Source: Takakia lepidozioides (Eukaryota; Plantae; Bryophyta). Taken from it: a stretch of 64,000 nt of DNA. Shown piece after piece: positions 1-11,014 of the stretch; position 1 is the stretch's first letter, and each line of letters begins with the position of its first letter. Made by a program: the position numbers and the translations under genes. The stretch is from NCBI GenBank assembly GCA_030704615.1, contig CM060732.1, positions 65,658,001 to 65,722,000 on the forward strand, read 5' to 3'. Under the pieces are notes generated by a model. It did not search any database, was not told where the DNA came from, and saw only the letters and a program-made list of their open reading frames with translations.

Positions 1-597
1 ATTCCCTACATTTCTTCCGCCAACCAAAATGTATAATAAAAGCAGAAGAGACGCAAACTTCAATGAAGAACCCTACAAGTAATTTATGCACACCATCGAG
101 CCGAGAACTTGAAGCCATGAAAACCCTGCCGTTTCTAACATTCATATTGGGAAATTTGGCGCCGAAATAGCCCAGTGCGCGCCTTCGTTATATGGGCCTC
201 AAAAATTCCACAGATGAATTACTGTACCAAAATATCGCGATGGAAGCCTTCAGCACAAGGCACTTCAGCACATTCCACTTGGGTATTTCGGCGCCCAAAT
301 AGCCCGTTCTGCGCCATTAAATACCACACTATATCACATTTTAAGAGGTAATTTCGGTGCCGAAATACCTCGGTGGATGTCTTCAAAACACCATTTTAGT
401 ACACTGCTCTTGGGAATAACGGCGCCGAAATACCTCATTCCGCATCCTGGACCAGGAGAAACAGACCCTATTACCGAGGTAAGAGGACATAACACCGTCA
501 ATAAAGGCAGGAAAATTCCAATTCCGCGGATGCCCGCTGATGAGCTCATAGGCTCATAGGCTCATGGGCTCATGCGCTCATGAAATAGTAAACCTCG
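1..597. mobile_element. Right-hand end of a MULE-like element related to the 10139-25607 element (left part outside window)
   Basis: 577-597 GCTCATGAAATAGTAAACCTC is the exact reverse complement of the TIR at 10139-10159. It is preceded by a (GGCTCAT)-type heptamer array at ~539-582. Several ATTTCGGYRCCGAAAT-like palindromes lie at ~154-433. Confidence 0.8.
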
Positions 598-3215
598 ATG
601 TGATTCCCTGTGGATCAATAGCTACAAGAAACCTGCATGGGTAGATGGTCAACTAAAGGCTGTATCTGCAGGGGCACAGTTGATAAAACCAGGCACCTCA
701 ACCATGACCACAGCTTCTGAAAGAGGATCAAGAGAGGGAGTCCACAATGCCTCTTCTGGCTGCACTTTTGGGCAGGTGAAGATGCTTTGCAGCAGGCAGA
801 CTGTCAGAGGCTCTACAGACTTTAGACCAATGAGGCATTTTAGCAGATTCAAGACCTACATATGTCTGTCTCTTGCTTAAGTGCATCAAGAAGGAAGGTC
901 TGGAAGCTGGAAAGCAGGTGCACACTCAAAATATCCAAAAGTGGATTCACGCCAAATGTTTTTCTACTCAACACCTTAAGTGCGGGAGCATCATGGATGC
1001 TCACCAAGTGTTTAACAGAATGCCTCAACGATCTTTGATCACGTGAAATATAATATTGGCAGGATTTACCAAGCATGAGTTTGGTAGGATTGCTTTGGAG
1101 ACCCACGCGATGCTTGCAGGGTATGCACAGCAGGACATAGTATGAAGGCTTTGGAGACCTATGATCGAATGATGGGGGAAGGGTGAAGCCCACTGACCAC
1201 ATCACGTTTGTGTGCATTTGCAATGATTCTGCAAGCCTGGCAGCCCTGGAAAAGGGCAAAGAGGTCCATGGTGACATTTTCAGAGCTGGATTGTACCCGA
1301 TGTCATTCTGAACAATACCCTGGTGGATATGTATGCAAAATATGGGTGCATCGAGGATGCAAAGGGAGTGTTTGACAGTATGGCTGAACAAGATATGGTG
1401 TCATGTAATGCCATGCTTGCAGGAGATGCAAAGAAGGGGTGCGGGATGGCCTTGGAGACCTATGATGGGGGCAGGGGTGAAGTGTAACCAGATCACGTTT
1501 GTGTGTGTTTGCAATGCTAGCCTGGCAGCCCTGGAAAATGGCAAAGAGATCCATAGTGACATCATCAAATCTGGAATTGCACCTGATGTCATTCTGAACA
1601 CTGCCCTGGTGGACATGTATGCCCAATGTGGGTGCATTGAGGATGCAAATGGAGTGTTCGACAGTATGGCTGAACGACATGTGGTGTTGTGGAGTGTGAT
1701 GATTGCAAGGTATGCACAGCAAGGGCGCGGGATGGAGGCTTTGGAGACCTAGGGGAAAATGACGAGGAGAAGCTGTGGAATGAATACTTTTCTAACCCAG
1801 TCAATGATGGGACCATCGAGGCAAGAAGGTGAACGCCTGTTGGATTATAGAGAGTAGCAGATGCAATTGAGCATAGGAACTAGTGTGATAAGTAGGGTTG
1901 GGGTGTTTGCTGGAACAATTCTAGGTTGTCATTGTCAGCTGCTAGCAGCAAGGCAAGGATGTATGCATGATTTGTGCAGAGGCATGGATAGTTGAAGGAG
2001 CAGGGATAGAATGTGGGTCTAGATTCATCCAAAAGGGCCGAATTTCATGCTCCAGATTACCTATGATTCGCTGTGGAAGGATAGGTACAAGAAACCTGTA
2101 CGGATAGATGGTCAACTGGAAGCCGCAGCAGCAGCAACACAATTGATCAAATCAGGCACTGTTAATCAAGGCACCTTCTTCAACACATTTCACCCTATTT
2201 TTCCCTCTTATCAGAATGGGCCCTCAATTTTCATTATGAATTCTGCAAGTTAGCTGGTTGAGTGAACCTTTGATAGTTTGGAGTGACTTTGACATGAAAT
2301 TGCCAATGTGACAATAGGAAAGTATCCAAAAACAGGTAACAGAGATGAGGAGAAGCTGCGGAAATTTTTTGACCCCAGTCAATGGTGGGACAATCGAGGT
2401 TTTGGGCTGATGAGCTGCAGGGATGTCTCTCCATCTCGTGAAGAATCTTCGGGTGTGTGGTGACTGCCACACTGCCACCAAGTTCGTTTCGGAGTTGTTG
2501 GCCAAATGCAGTTGTAAGGAGTATTGCATTCAATAGTTGTAAATAGAGTCCTTCATTCTAGTAGTACCAGAACTGTAGTAGTATTAAAAAACTTCTGCCC
2601 TTGTGTCGGTTTGCTTAATTTTTGCTCCGCATTAGACTTTGAGGCATCCGTGGGGATGCTTGTCCAATTTGGAATTTTGTAATATGATTTACAGGACTTG
2701 TACAATCCCCGTTGGCCTTCCATTCTATTTTCCCAAAAACATAATGAAGAATTTAAATCAATTAATAATCTAAATTTTGTAATTTGATTTATTAAAATTA
2801 AAAACATTATTCAAAAATGACGTGTCAAATCTGCAGTGGCGTACATGTCCATCCGGCGCCTCTCCATGTAGACATTGCTCTGCAGACATATAGTCATATG
2901 ATCCCCTCACGAATGCGTGACGTGTCGCTTGCGCAGTGGTGCACGTGTTCCACTGAAGCCTCTCCATGTAGGCCACGCTTAGTAGACAATGTAGTCATAT
3001 AGTCGTATGTAAGTCATAGAGTTGTGACTACATCACTCTCCTCTGCATGACTCCAGGTGCCACGCACGCAATCATGGCTATGACTTGCAAAACGCAGTCC
3101 TAAAGACTGGTAGCTATCACGCCGCTTTTTTCACTTCAGAGTCATGTAGTCATGAACACATATAGGACTGAAAAATAGTCATATTTGCAGTCATAAAAAC
3201 GCTTCTGTTGTAGTG
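598..3215. mobile_element. Partial non-autonomous CACTA element carrying PPR fragments (one terminus visible)
   Basis: Ends in ...AAAAACGCTTCTGTTGTAGTG at 3215 (reverse complement CACTACAACAG...). It has TAGTCAT/CACGTG-rich subterminal repeats at ~2815-3200. Blocks at 600-690 and ~1770-2380 are reverse-complement matches to ~5830-6470 of the CACTA at 4642-9623. Confidence 0.7.
850..1752 (+). pseudogene. Fragmented PLS-class pentatricopeptide repeat (PPR) coding sequence
   Basis: PPR motifs such as ITFVCVCNASLAALENGKEIHSDIIKSGIAPDVILNTALVDMYAQCGCIEDANGVFDSMAERHVVLWSVMIARYAQQG, with stops and frameshifts. Confidence 0.85.
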
Positions 3216-6200
3216 CGTGTTTGGCCGTTCAGGTTCACAGTCGTTCTATTGAGTGTTTGCATTGTTTTCAACTGTGCGTATCCGGCGTGCTGTCGTTGCA
3301 GAATTCACTGTTACACCACTTGTATGTGTGCGACTAAAGAACATGTACAACAAACTTGATAAATGAGGAAAGTGGGGGCAGAATGGGAAACCAATAACTA
3401 CAAGCAGTGGAGCAAAGCTCCTTGTATGGTGTGCTCTTGCATCTTTGAGAACACTGGCAAATAGAATGAAAAGTGGTGGAAGATCTGCACTGACATTGAC
3501 GATGTGGCCAAGACAGATTTCTGTAAAACAAATTCAATGTTCTCCCGTGAATATCGAAACCGCAAGAAATATTTTAAATAAATTGCAGCCTCTTCCATTG
3601 CCAAAATCGTGCACTTCGCATTTTGGAATACAGTTCATTGGATACAAATCAAATGCTGAGCACAGAGAGTGTTCATTGTCAGGCAGATATACGCCCCGTT
3701 TGCTACACTATAGAAGAGCCAAGTGAATGATGTGCTTCGCAAGCACCCAATCTCTTCATACGCATAGGCAGATGTCTTTGTTGTATATGAAGTACTCCAG
3801 ACTGGTTAGGGACATGGAAGATGCCAGTATTGGGTCCATGGTCCGGTGGGAAATTGCAGCCTAACATAGCAGGTATCCAAGACATGGCAGGTTTCCGAGA
3901 GTGACATTCATGTTTACTGCCGTTTCTCACATTGCAACATACACATCAGAGTCAAAAAGCCACAAAAAGAAGAACGATCTTCTCCCAAAAGATGTCATGC
4001 CCCCCCCAAATCACATTTTAGGGGGTGCGAAGCTGAAACGATTCGTGGGGCAATACTACATGTTGACGAAATGGGTGCGACCTCTTCATACAAAGTTGTC
4101 CCTATAAAGACTGTAAGACAGAGGACACCTATGTTTCATACTTGTACCACATAGAAGTGAAATGGACCCCATGGATCAGCACACCATGCACACAGTATTC
4201 AGCAGGGATCAAGCCAATCCACCTCCTTGAAATTCCATTCATATGGAGGAACGTCCGCACCAACTCGTATCATTCTCTCCTTCCATACTGCAACTCTTGG
4301 ATCCCACCGGAAGAGACCTTTGGATAAGGGAGGGTAATGCGTCAATTAGTTTGATGCATTCCCAACCCCCAGATAGCCACTCGAAAACAATCAAGACATG
4401 GAAACACTCGTTCTCCTTTGAGGGGTCAAGCCCAATCGCATGCGGCCCCCACTCCTCATTCGGTGCACACATAAAGTGAGAGCGCAACACTACAGTATTG
4501 GGGAGCATTGCACCTTTGTTCTCGGTCTCATCATAGAATCCACACCATGCGACTCTAGAAGCGGATTCGTGAGCCCTGAGAATTACATCCCTTTCAATGG
4601 TTTGGTCCAATCCACCAAAGCATCCAGCAAGGAGATGCGAGCACTACAACAAATTGCGGCTTTTACGTCTCTGTGTTATGACTGCAAATGCAGTCATGGA
4701 AGCCATTTACGACTTATTGACTCTGCAGACGTAAAGACCTAGTCAGTTGTGACATGGCAGATATGACTCTCCAGGCTGGCTGTCACGTGGCGCCAGAGCA
4801 GCTGTGGGGGTAGTCATACACGCTGGCTTTACTGAATGACTGAACGGACAGTGTAGTCCATGTCAGCGGCTGTGCAAGAGTGGCACGTGCTCGATGCAGG
4901 AAATGACACGTGGCAGAGTGTTTAGCTCTCCATGACTGTAAACTATGACTACGGGTGTGCTAATCCGGTTGCAACACGTGGCGCGTTGCAGTTTTTAGAC
5001 GTGGTCCATCAGCAGATTGACATGTGTCATGATGGGTGTTTTTTGGGGTGTATTGCTATTTTTTTACATATTTGTATTTCTGCCACGTGGTGTAGTACTA
5101 TTGGAGAGTGAAAATAGATGTAGTCATTATTATGACTATGATAGCAGTCATGTACATGTCTATTACAACAATGAAATATAATATATAATACAAAGAGAAC
5201 AAGGCAGCAAGACATAACTGCAACAAGCTGAGCAAAACCAAGAGATTGCATACCATCTCTATTTACCAATCTATTTATCATTATCATTTTTGTTGCGATC
5301 TAAAAATACATTAAATAGTCGCATGTTCTCATGTGAATTATTTTGTCTAACTATAACATTTTGAAAAGTGTTCACCCAGAATCTTCTAACTACTCATGTA
5401 TTCCATCAATCTGCAACCCATCAAAAACGGCTTGCATGGCTTTAAGAATTACTACAGCAAGGACATTTGTTTGTTTTCCAAGTTCTTGCATAAGATGCAC
5501 CAACCAATATTGCATTGTGAGACACTCACTCGCTATACTCCAAAGCGTCCAGGGAAGGTCACTGAGCAACCTGCCAAGGCGGAAACAATTAAGAGAATTA
5601 TCTAATACCATATATGAAAAACCAATGCCAGTGTTGTTTATGGTAACTTCTATCCCATGTCCTAAACAAACCAAAGCAAAAAGGTTGGTGTGTATTGGCG
5701 AAGTCGTCAGATACTTCACAAAGAAACATGCATTAAAAATGAAACCCAGGATGATAGGAAGGTCACTCACGTTTATACAAAGACATCTTGCCCATTGCCC
5801 AGCACCCTGCGTCACCCACACTCTATCTCTATTCCTTCAGCTATCCATGCCTCTGCACAAATCAAGCATTCATCCTTGCCGTGCTGCTAGCAGCTGACAA
5901 TGACAGCCTACATTTGTTCTAGGAAACACCCAACTCAGCGTAGCACACTAGCGTTTGCTACTCTCTGAAATGTAGCAGGCATTCACCTTTCTGCCCCGGT
6001 TGACCCATCAGTGACTGGGCTCAGATAAGTATTCATTCCACAGCTTCTCCTCATCTCTGTTACCTATTTTTTGACACTTTCTTGTTGTCACATTGGCAGT
6101 ATCATGTCAAAGTCACTCCAAACTAGATTCACTCAACCAGCTAACTTGCAGAATTGAACATGTAAATTTAGGGCCGATTCTGATAAGAGGGAAAAACAGG

Positions 6201-6559
6201 GTGAAAGTGTTGAAGAAGATGCCTTCATTAGCAGTGCCTGATTTTATCACTTGTGCCGCTGCTCCCAGTTGACCATCTACCCATGCAGGTTTCTTGTAGC
6301 TATTGATCCACAGGGAATCACAGGTAATCTTGTGCTTGAAATCTGGCCTTCTTGGATGAATCTGGACCCACACGAAATCCCTGCTCCTTCAGCTATCCAT
6401 GCCTCTGCACAAATCATGCATACATCCTCGCCTTGCTGCTAGCAGCTGACAATGACAGCCTAGAATTGTCAAAGCAAACACTAGCAGGGAAAACAGGGTG
6501 AAATATGTTGAAGAAGGTACCTTCATCCTTTTCTCCATCATTTGCTTTCAGGTGTCCAA

Positions 6560-6990
6560 AGCCCCATCCCGCGCTCCTGCTCTGCACACCCTTCAAGCAT
6601 CGCATTCCACGACACCACATCTAGTTCAGCCATAGTGTTGAACACTCCCTTGGCATCCTCAATGCTCCCACATTTAGCATACATGGCCACCAGAGCCATG
6701 TTCAGGATGACATCTGGTACAATTGCAGATTTGATGATGTCACCAGGGATCTCTTTGCCCTTTTCCAGGGCTGCAGACGCACTGCAAACGCACACAAACG
6801 TTATGTCGGCGGCCTTCACCCCTTCCCCCATCATTTTCTCAAAGGTTGGAGCCTCCATCCCGCACCCCAGCTGTGCATACCCAGCAAGCATCGCACTCCA
6901 CGACACCACATCTCGTTCAGCCACAGTGTTGAACACTCCCTTTGCATCCTCAATGCACCCACAATTGGCGTACATGTCCACCAGGGCAGG
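6560..6990 (-). pseudogene. Captured PLS-class PPR fragment inside CACTA copy 1
   Basis: ORF 6538-7029 encodes ALVDMYANCGCIEDAKGVFNTVAERDVVSWSAMLAGYAQLG...ALVAMYAKCGSIEDAKGVFNTMAELDVVSWNAML. Confidence 0.85.
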
Positions 6991-7789
6991 GGCAGTGTTC
7001 AAAAGGACATGTGGTAATTTGACAGGCATTCACCTCCTGACTTGGCTATTCCCAACCCATCCTGCCATTGGCAAGAGATTCCACAGAAACTGATAGTTGT
7101 CTGTTTGACTGTATAACTATGTATCTCTTGCTTTCTTACAGCTTGTACTGTGACACGCGTAATGCTCTTGTTGTGTTGAATCATTTCACGCCTTCAGGTT
7201 TCAGAACAAACATTACCGTCTTTCTTTATCAGACATGTGCACCAAGACAAAATCTCACCAAAAGATTGTTGGTGTTCAACAGTACCATACATGAAGATAA
7301 CTAGCACCAAAAGGGCATATGAAGCTTATTCTGCTCTCCACTGGTATTAACTTGCACCAGGACTTTCAATGGCTGTCTTCCAGTCCACCCACAGCCCGCT
7401 GTAAATGGCTTGCAACCTACAGATTTTCAAGAGAGCTGATTACCATGAAAATTTCAAAACTGGCTTTACAAACCTAATAATTCAAGCATAATCAGCATTC
7501 AAGCTAAGGAAGCTTTACAAGCATCGTGTTGCGAGTAAAGCCTTGGCAATGTCACCAGGAAATCCCTGGCTGAATGGATGACACTGAAATAATGGAGCTT
7601 GAAATCCGGCCCTCTTGGACGAATTTGGGCCCACACTCTATCCCTGCTCCTTCAGCTATCTATGCCTCTGCACAAAATCCTTCAGCTATCTATGCATACA
7701 TCCTTGCCTTCCTGCTAGCAGCTGACAATGACAGCCTAGAATTGTTCCAGCAAACACCCCCAACCCTACTTATCAACGAGCAATGAGCT

Positions 7790-8710
7790 AACTTACAAAA
7801 TTCAATATGCATCTCAGGGCGTCTGATGAGAGGGCAAAACATGCTGAAATAGGTCGAAGAAGAAGGTGCCCTCACCACACTGTCCTTGACCTTGTGTGTG
7901 ATGCTTGTGTCTGTAGTCAGGTAATGTCGGATTGGTCAGTGAGAACCTGCACCACGGTGCAGCTGAGCAGGCAGACTTTGAAACACGGTCTGCTAAGACC
8001 AAGCTGACTCTCCCAAGAACCTTGTAAACATCAGGAAGAATATCAAATCATGGTACTAACAGGAGCCGACAACCCACATTTGCAGGATGGACAAAATTCT
8101 GCACATCATACATTAAAAAAAAACCACACCTTGCGATTGCGGTCGCACCCTCGTGAAGGATCTTAAAAAAACTCATGCCAGCTCTGCTCCATGATTCAAA
8201 TTGAGGGCCGAGTCTGATGAGAGGGCAAAATAGGCTGAAATAGGTCGAAGAAGAAGGTGCCCTCACCACATTGTCCTCGACCTTGTGTCATGACCCATGG
8301 AGGATTTGACTGAACATGAACCCAAGATGACCTCTAGTGTGTGCTGCTTGTGTCTGTAGTTAGGTAATGTCGGATTGGTCAGTGAGAACCACCACGGTGC
8401 AGCTGAGTGGGCAGAGATTGAAACACGGCCTACTAAGACCAAGCTAACTCTCCCAAGAACCTTGTAAACATCAGGAAGAATACCAAATCATGGTACTAAC
8501 AGGAGCCAACAACCCACATTTGCAGGATAGACAAACTTCTTCACATCGTACATTAAGAAAAAGCCACACCTTGCGATTGCGGTTGTCCCACCATCGTGAA
8601 GGATCTTTTAGAAACTCATGCCAGCTCTGCTCCGTGCTGTAAAATCAGGGCCGAGCGGGTAGAGATTGAAACACGGCCTGCTAAGACGAAGCTGACTCTC
8701 CCAAGAACGG
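7790..8710. repeat. Internal tandem duplication (~400-bp unit, two copies plus a partial third) within CACTA copy 1
   Basis: ~7815-8190 matches ~8205-8635 (e.g. GAAATAGGTCGAAGAAGAAGGTGCCCTCACCAC, CCCAAGAACCTTGTAAACATCAGGAAGAA). A partial third unit lies at ~8655-8710. Confidence 0.8.
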
Positions 8711-8964
8711 CGGGCTCCCAGCCGAAACCTCCTCGCACACATACCCTAGCGTTTCTAGGGTTGCTTGCTCCAGATGCGAAGGTTGATCCAACTGCGGGCC
8801 TCCCATGCATGTTTGCCCTCTCTCCCGCTCGCTCGCTCTAAGTCCCAACCCTCTCTCTCTCTCCCTCCCGCTCGCTCTAAGTCTGTTCACGCTACCGTGA
8901 TGGGCAACTTTTTAAGTTTGTTAACCTTTTTGTAAACCCTAAAAGCCCATTTTTGATTTTTTTT

Positions 8965-9163
8965 CTTTTTTTTATTTTCTTAAAGGAAACCACAAGCCCT
9001 TGAGGAGGGGAAAAATTCACCCGCCTTCATTTATGGGCCATAAGACCTACAGGACGATCAACGTCAAAACATGCCGTCTCGAACAATCCCACACACGGGA
9101 TAAGGGCAGCGGGTTTGAACCCCAAACCACAAGGGCGACACACTGTGCACTTACCAGCCGATG
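8965..9163 (-). mobile_element. Putative tRNA-derived SINE
   Basis: The minus strand has box-A-like GCTGGTAAG and box-B GGTTCAAACC near its 5' end and an A-rich tail. Flanking direct repeats TGATTTTTTTT lie at 8954-8964 and 9164-9174 (low complexity). Confidence 0.45.
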
Positions 9164-10153
9164 TGATTTTTTTTAAATCTCTGTTTTTTTTGGGTTTTTT
9201 TAAATTCATTCTAGTGGTAAGAGTCTCTGTTTTTTTAAGATATAAATACTCATATATTATATATATAACCAGAAAAGCATGTGTCGACACGTGTAGTCAT
9301 GTAGTGATTCATCCATGTGATGATCTGGCATAATGCATTAGAGTGAGAGTCATGAAGTCATATGTCTGTCTTGCAATATGCACACGTCATTCCAGTGTAG
9401 CCATGACCGTGACTGGTAGTCATATCTGCCATGCCAATATTCGTGGTCAAACATGTTTGACCTGTGTTGCGCAGAGTCCGAAGCCATGCAGTCGCATATA
9501 CGCCTTCTCCAGACCTGCATTATGACTTCAAAAGCATTTTATGACTGCAAATGGCATTTCTGCCACAAATCTGACATGACTGCGCACCCATGGGAGTCAT
9601 AAAAGCCGCAATCTGTTGTAGTGGAGACCCCACCAAGCCTTCTATGTCGCCCACAAGCCCATCATCACATCCCATGGAACCCGTCCCCTCAAACACAGGT
9701 TGCCATGATACAGACATCGCGAAAAACACAAAAAACAGTAAACACAATTCGATTGGACCAGCCTGCAATGTGGCTCCCCGGTCAAGATACTGCAACTTGC
9801 ACTTGCAATGCCGCAAATGAAGACAACGGAATACAGCAGCAGGTCCAAGTCGAGAAAGTGCGCAATACAAAGATACAGTGCAGCCAGGCCGTGTGCAAGT
9901 GCAGAATGTTCACTGTCACCTGTGGGCTAGGCAGTGGAGCGAGGGAACACAGTACAAATCGAGCAAGGGAACATGTAAGAATGGGAAGGAAACACGAAAA
10001 CATAGCAGGACAGATACTGATGAGTGAACGAGGAGAGGAACGCAATATGTACGACTTGTGCAAAGTGCTAGAGTCACACAGGGCAAGGTGGCGGGGAAGA
10101 GGGAGGTCGTGGCGGGAAAATTGAAACTTCGTTTTCACGAGGTTTACTATTTC

Positions 10154-10234
10154 ATGAGCAGAAACCATGAGCCATGAGCCATGAGCCGCATGAGCCATGA
10201 GCCATGAGCCGCATGAGCCGCATGAGCGGTGAGC
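10154..10234 (+). repeat. Left subterminal heptamer array (CATGAGC/CATGAGCCG)n
   Basis: About 9 tandem CATGAGC units directly inside the left TIR. Confidence 0.9.
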
Positions 10235-11014
10235 CGAAGTCTAAGATACGCGGATTTCATGAGCGGACTCCTCCAAATTTGGAAATGCGGCAGATTAAAC
10301 AAGTATTAAAATAATAGTTTTTTTTATTTGACCTTGCCGTTTTTGGACGTTCCAGATCATGTAATGCGGCGAAGATATGTCGTCAGTAACAAGTCCGCTC
10401 ATGGTTTTTTAGATCCGCTCATGGAAATAAGTGACCGTGCAACGGGAAATCCAGTATACCACTGCAAAAGGACGTCGCATACTGGCCTGTATAGAGTATT
10501 CCGCGGTTTTACATGCCTTAACATTGGAATGAAGCTGACCCTTTTGCCGCGATTGAACCAATGGAGTCTGCACCAATACAGTCTGCAGTACTTCACAATT
10601 CTGTCTTCTTCGGGTATTCGGCGGGAAAGGTTTGCAACTGAACTGGGAAATAGGGTGCCGCATTAGGGTTCGCACGTGCGAAATTTCGGAGCGGTTTGGT
10701 GTTGGCGAAGGCCGCCTCTGGGGGTACCTACGACGATACTTGGAAATGCGGCGCCGCATTTCCTTGTCGGAGGTCGAATGAGGAAAGCAAGTTTTCGGAA
10801 AGCAGAAAAACATGAACCCTCCAACATACAAAAATACATGCACGTGGAAACAAGTGAACGATATAGTAATATCTTAGTTCGAGCAAAACAGGTTACTGGT
10901 AGGCAAGACATATGTCGGACCTTTCTGTGGCCAGAGTCTGAGGTACTGGCAGCAGTACAGTTCTACTATCCGAAAAGGATGGGCGTACCATTGTATGGGG
11001 ACCGCAAGCCAAGC

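Larger units (their letters stand above)
4642..9623. mobile_element. Complete non-autonomous CACTA (EnSpm) element with captured gene fragments (Pack-CACTA), copy 1
   Basis: 5' CACTACAACAAATTGCGGCTTTTA and 3' TAAAAGCCGCAATCTGTTGTAGTG form a TIR. A 3-bp TSD GAG lies at 4639-4641 and 9624-9626. Subterminal ATGACT/CACGTG repeats are present and there is no transposase ORF. Confidence 0.92.

Noticed and set aside
6538-7029. Functional PPR editing-factor gene
   Set aside because: Only about three motifs with small deletions, no targeting peptide or E/DYW domain, and located inside CACTA TIRs.
598-10138. Single element bounded by the perfectly matching TIR sequences at 577-597 and 10139-10159
   Set aside because: The TIRs face outward from this interval (right end of one element, left end of another). 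The matching TSD pairs 10139 with 25607.
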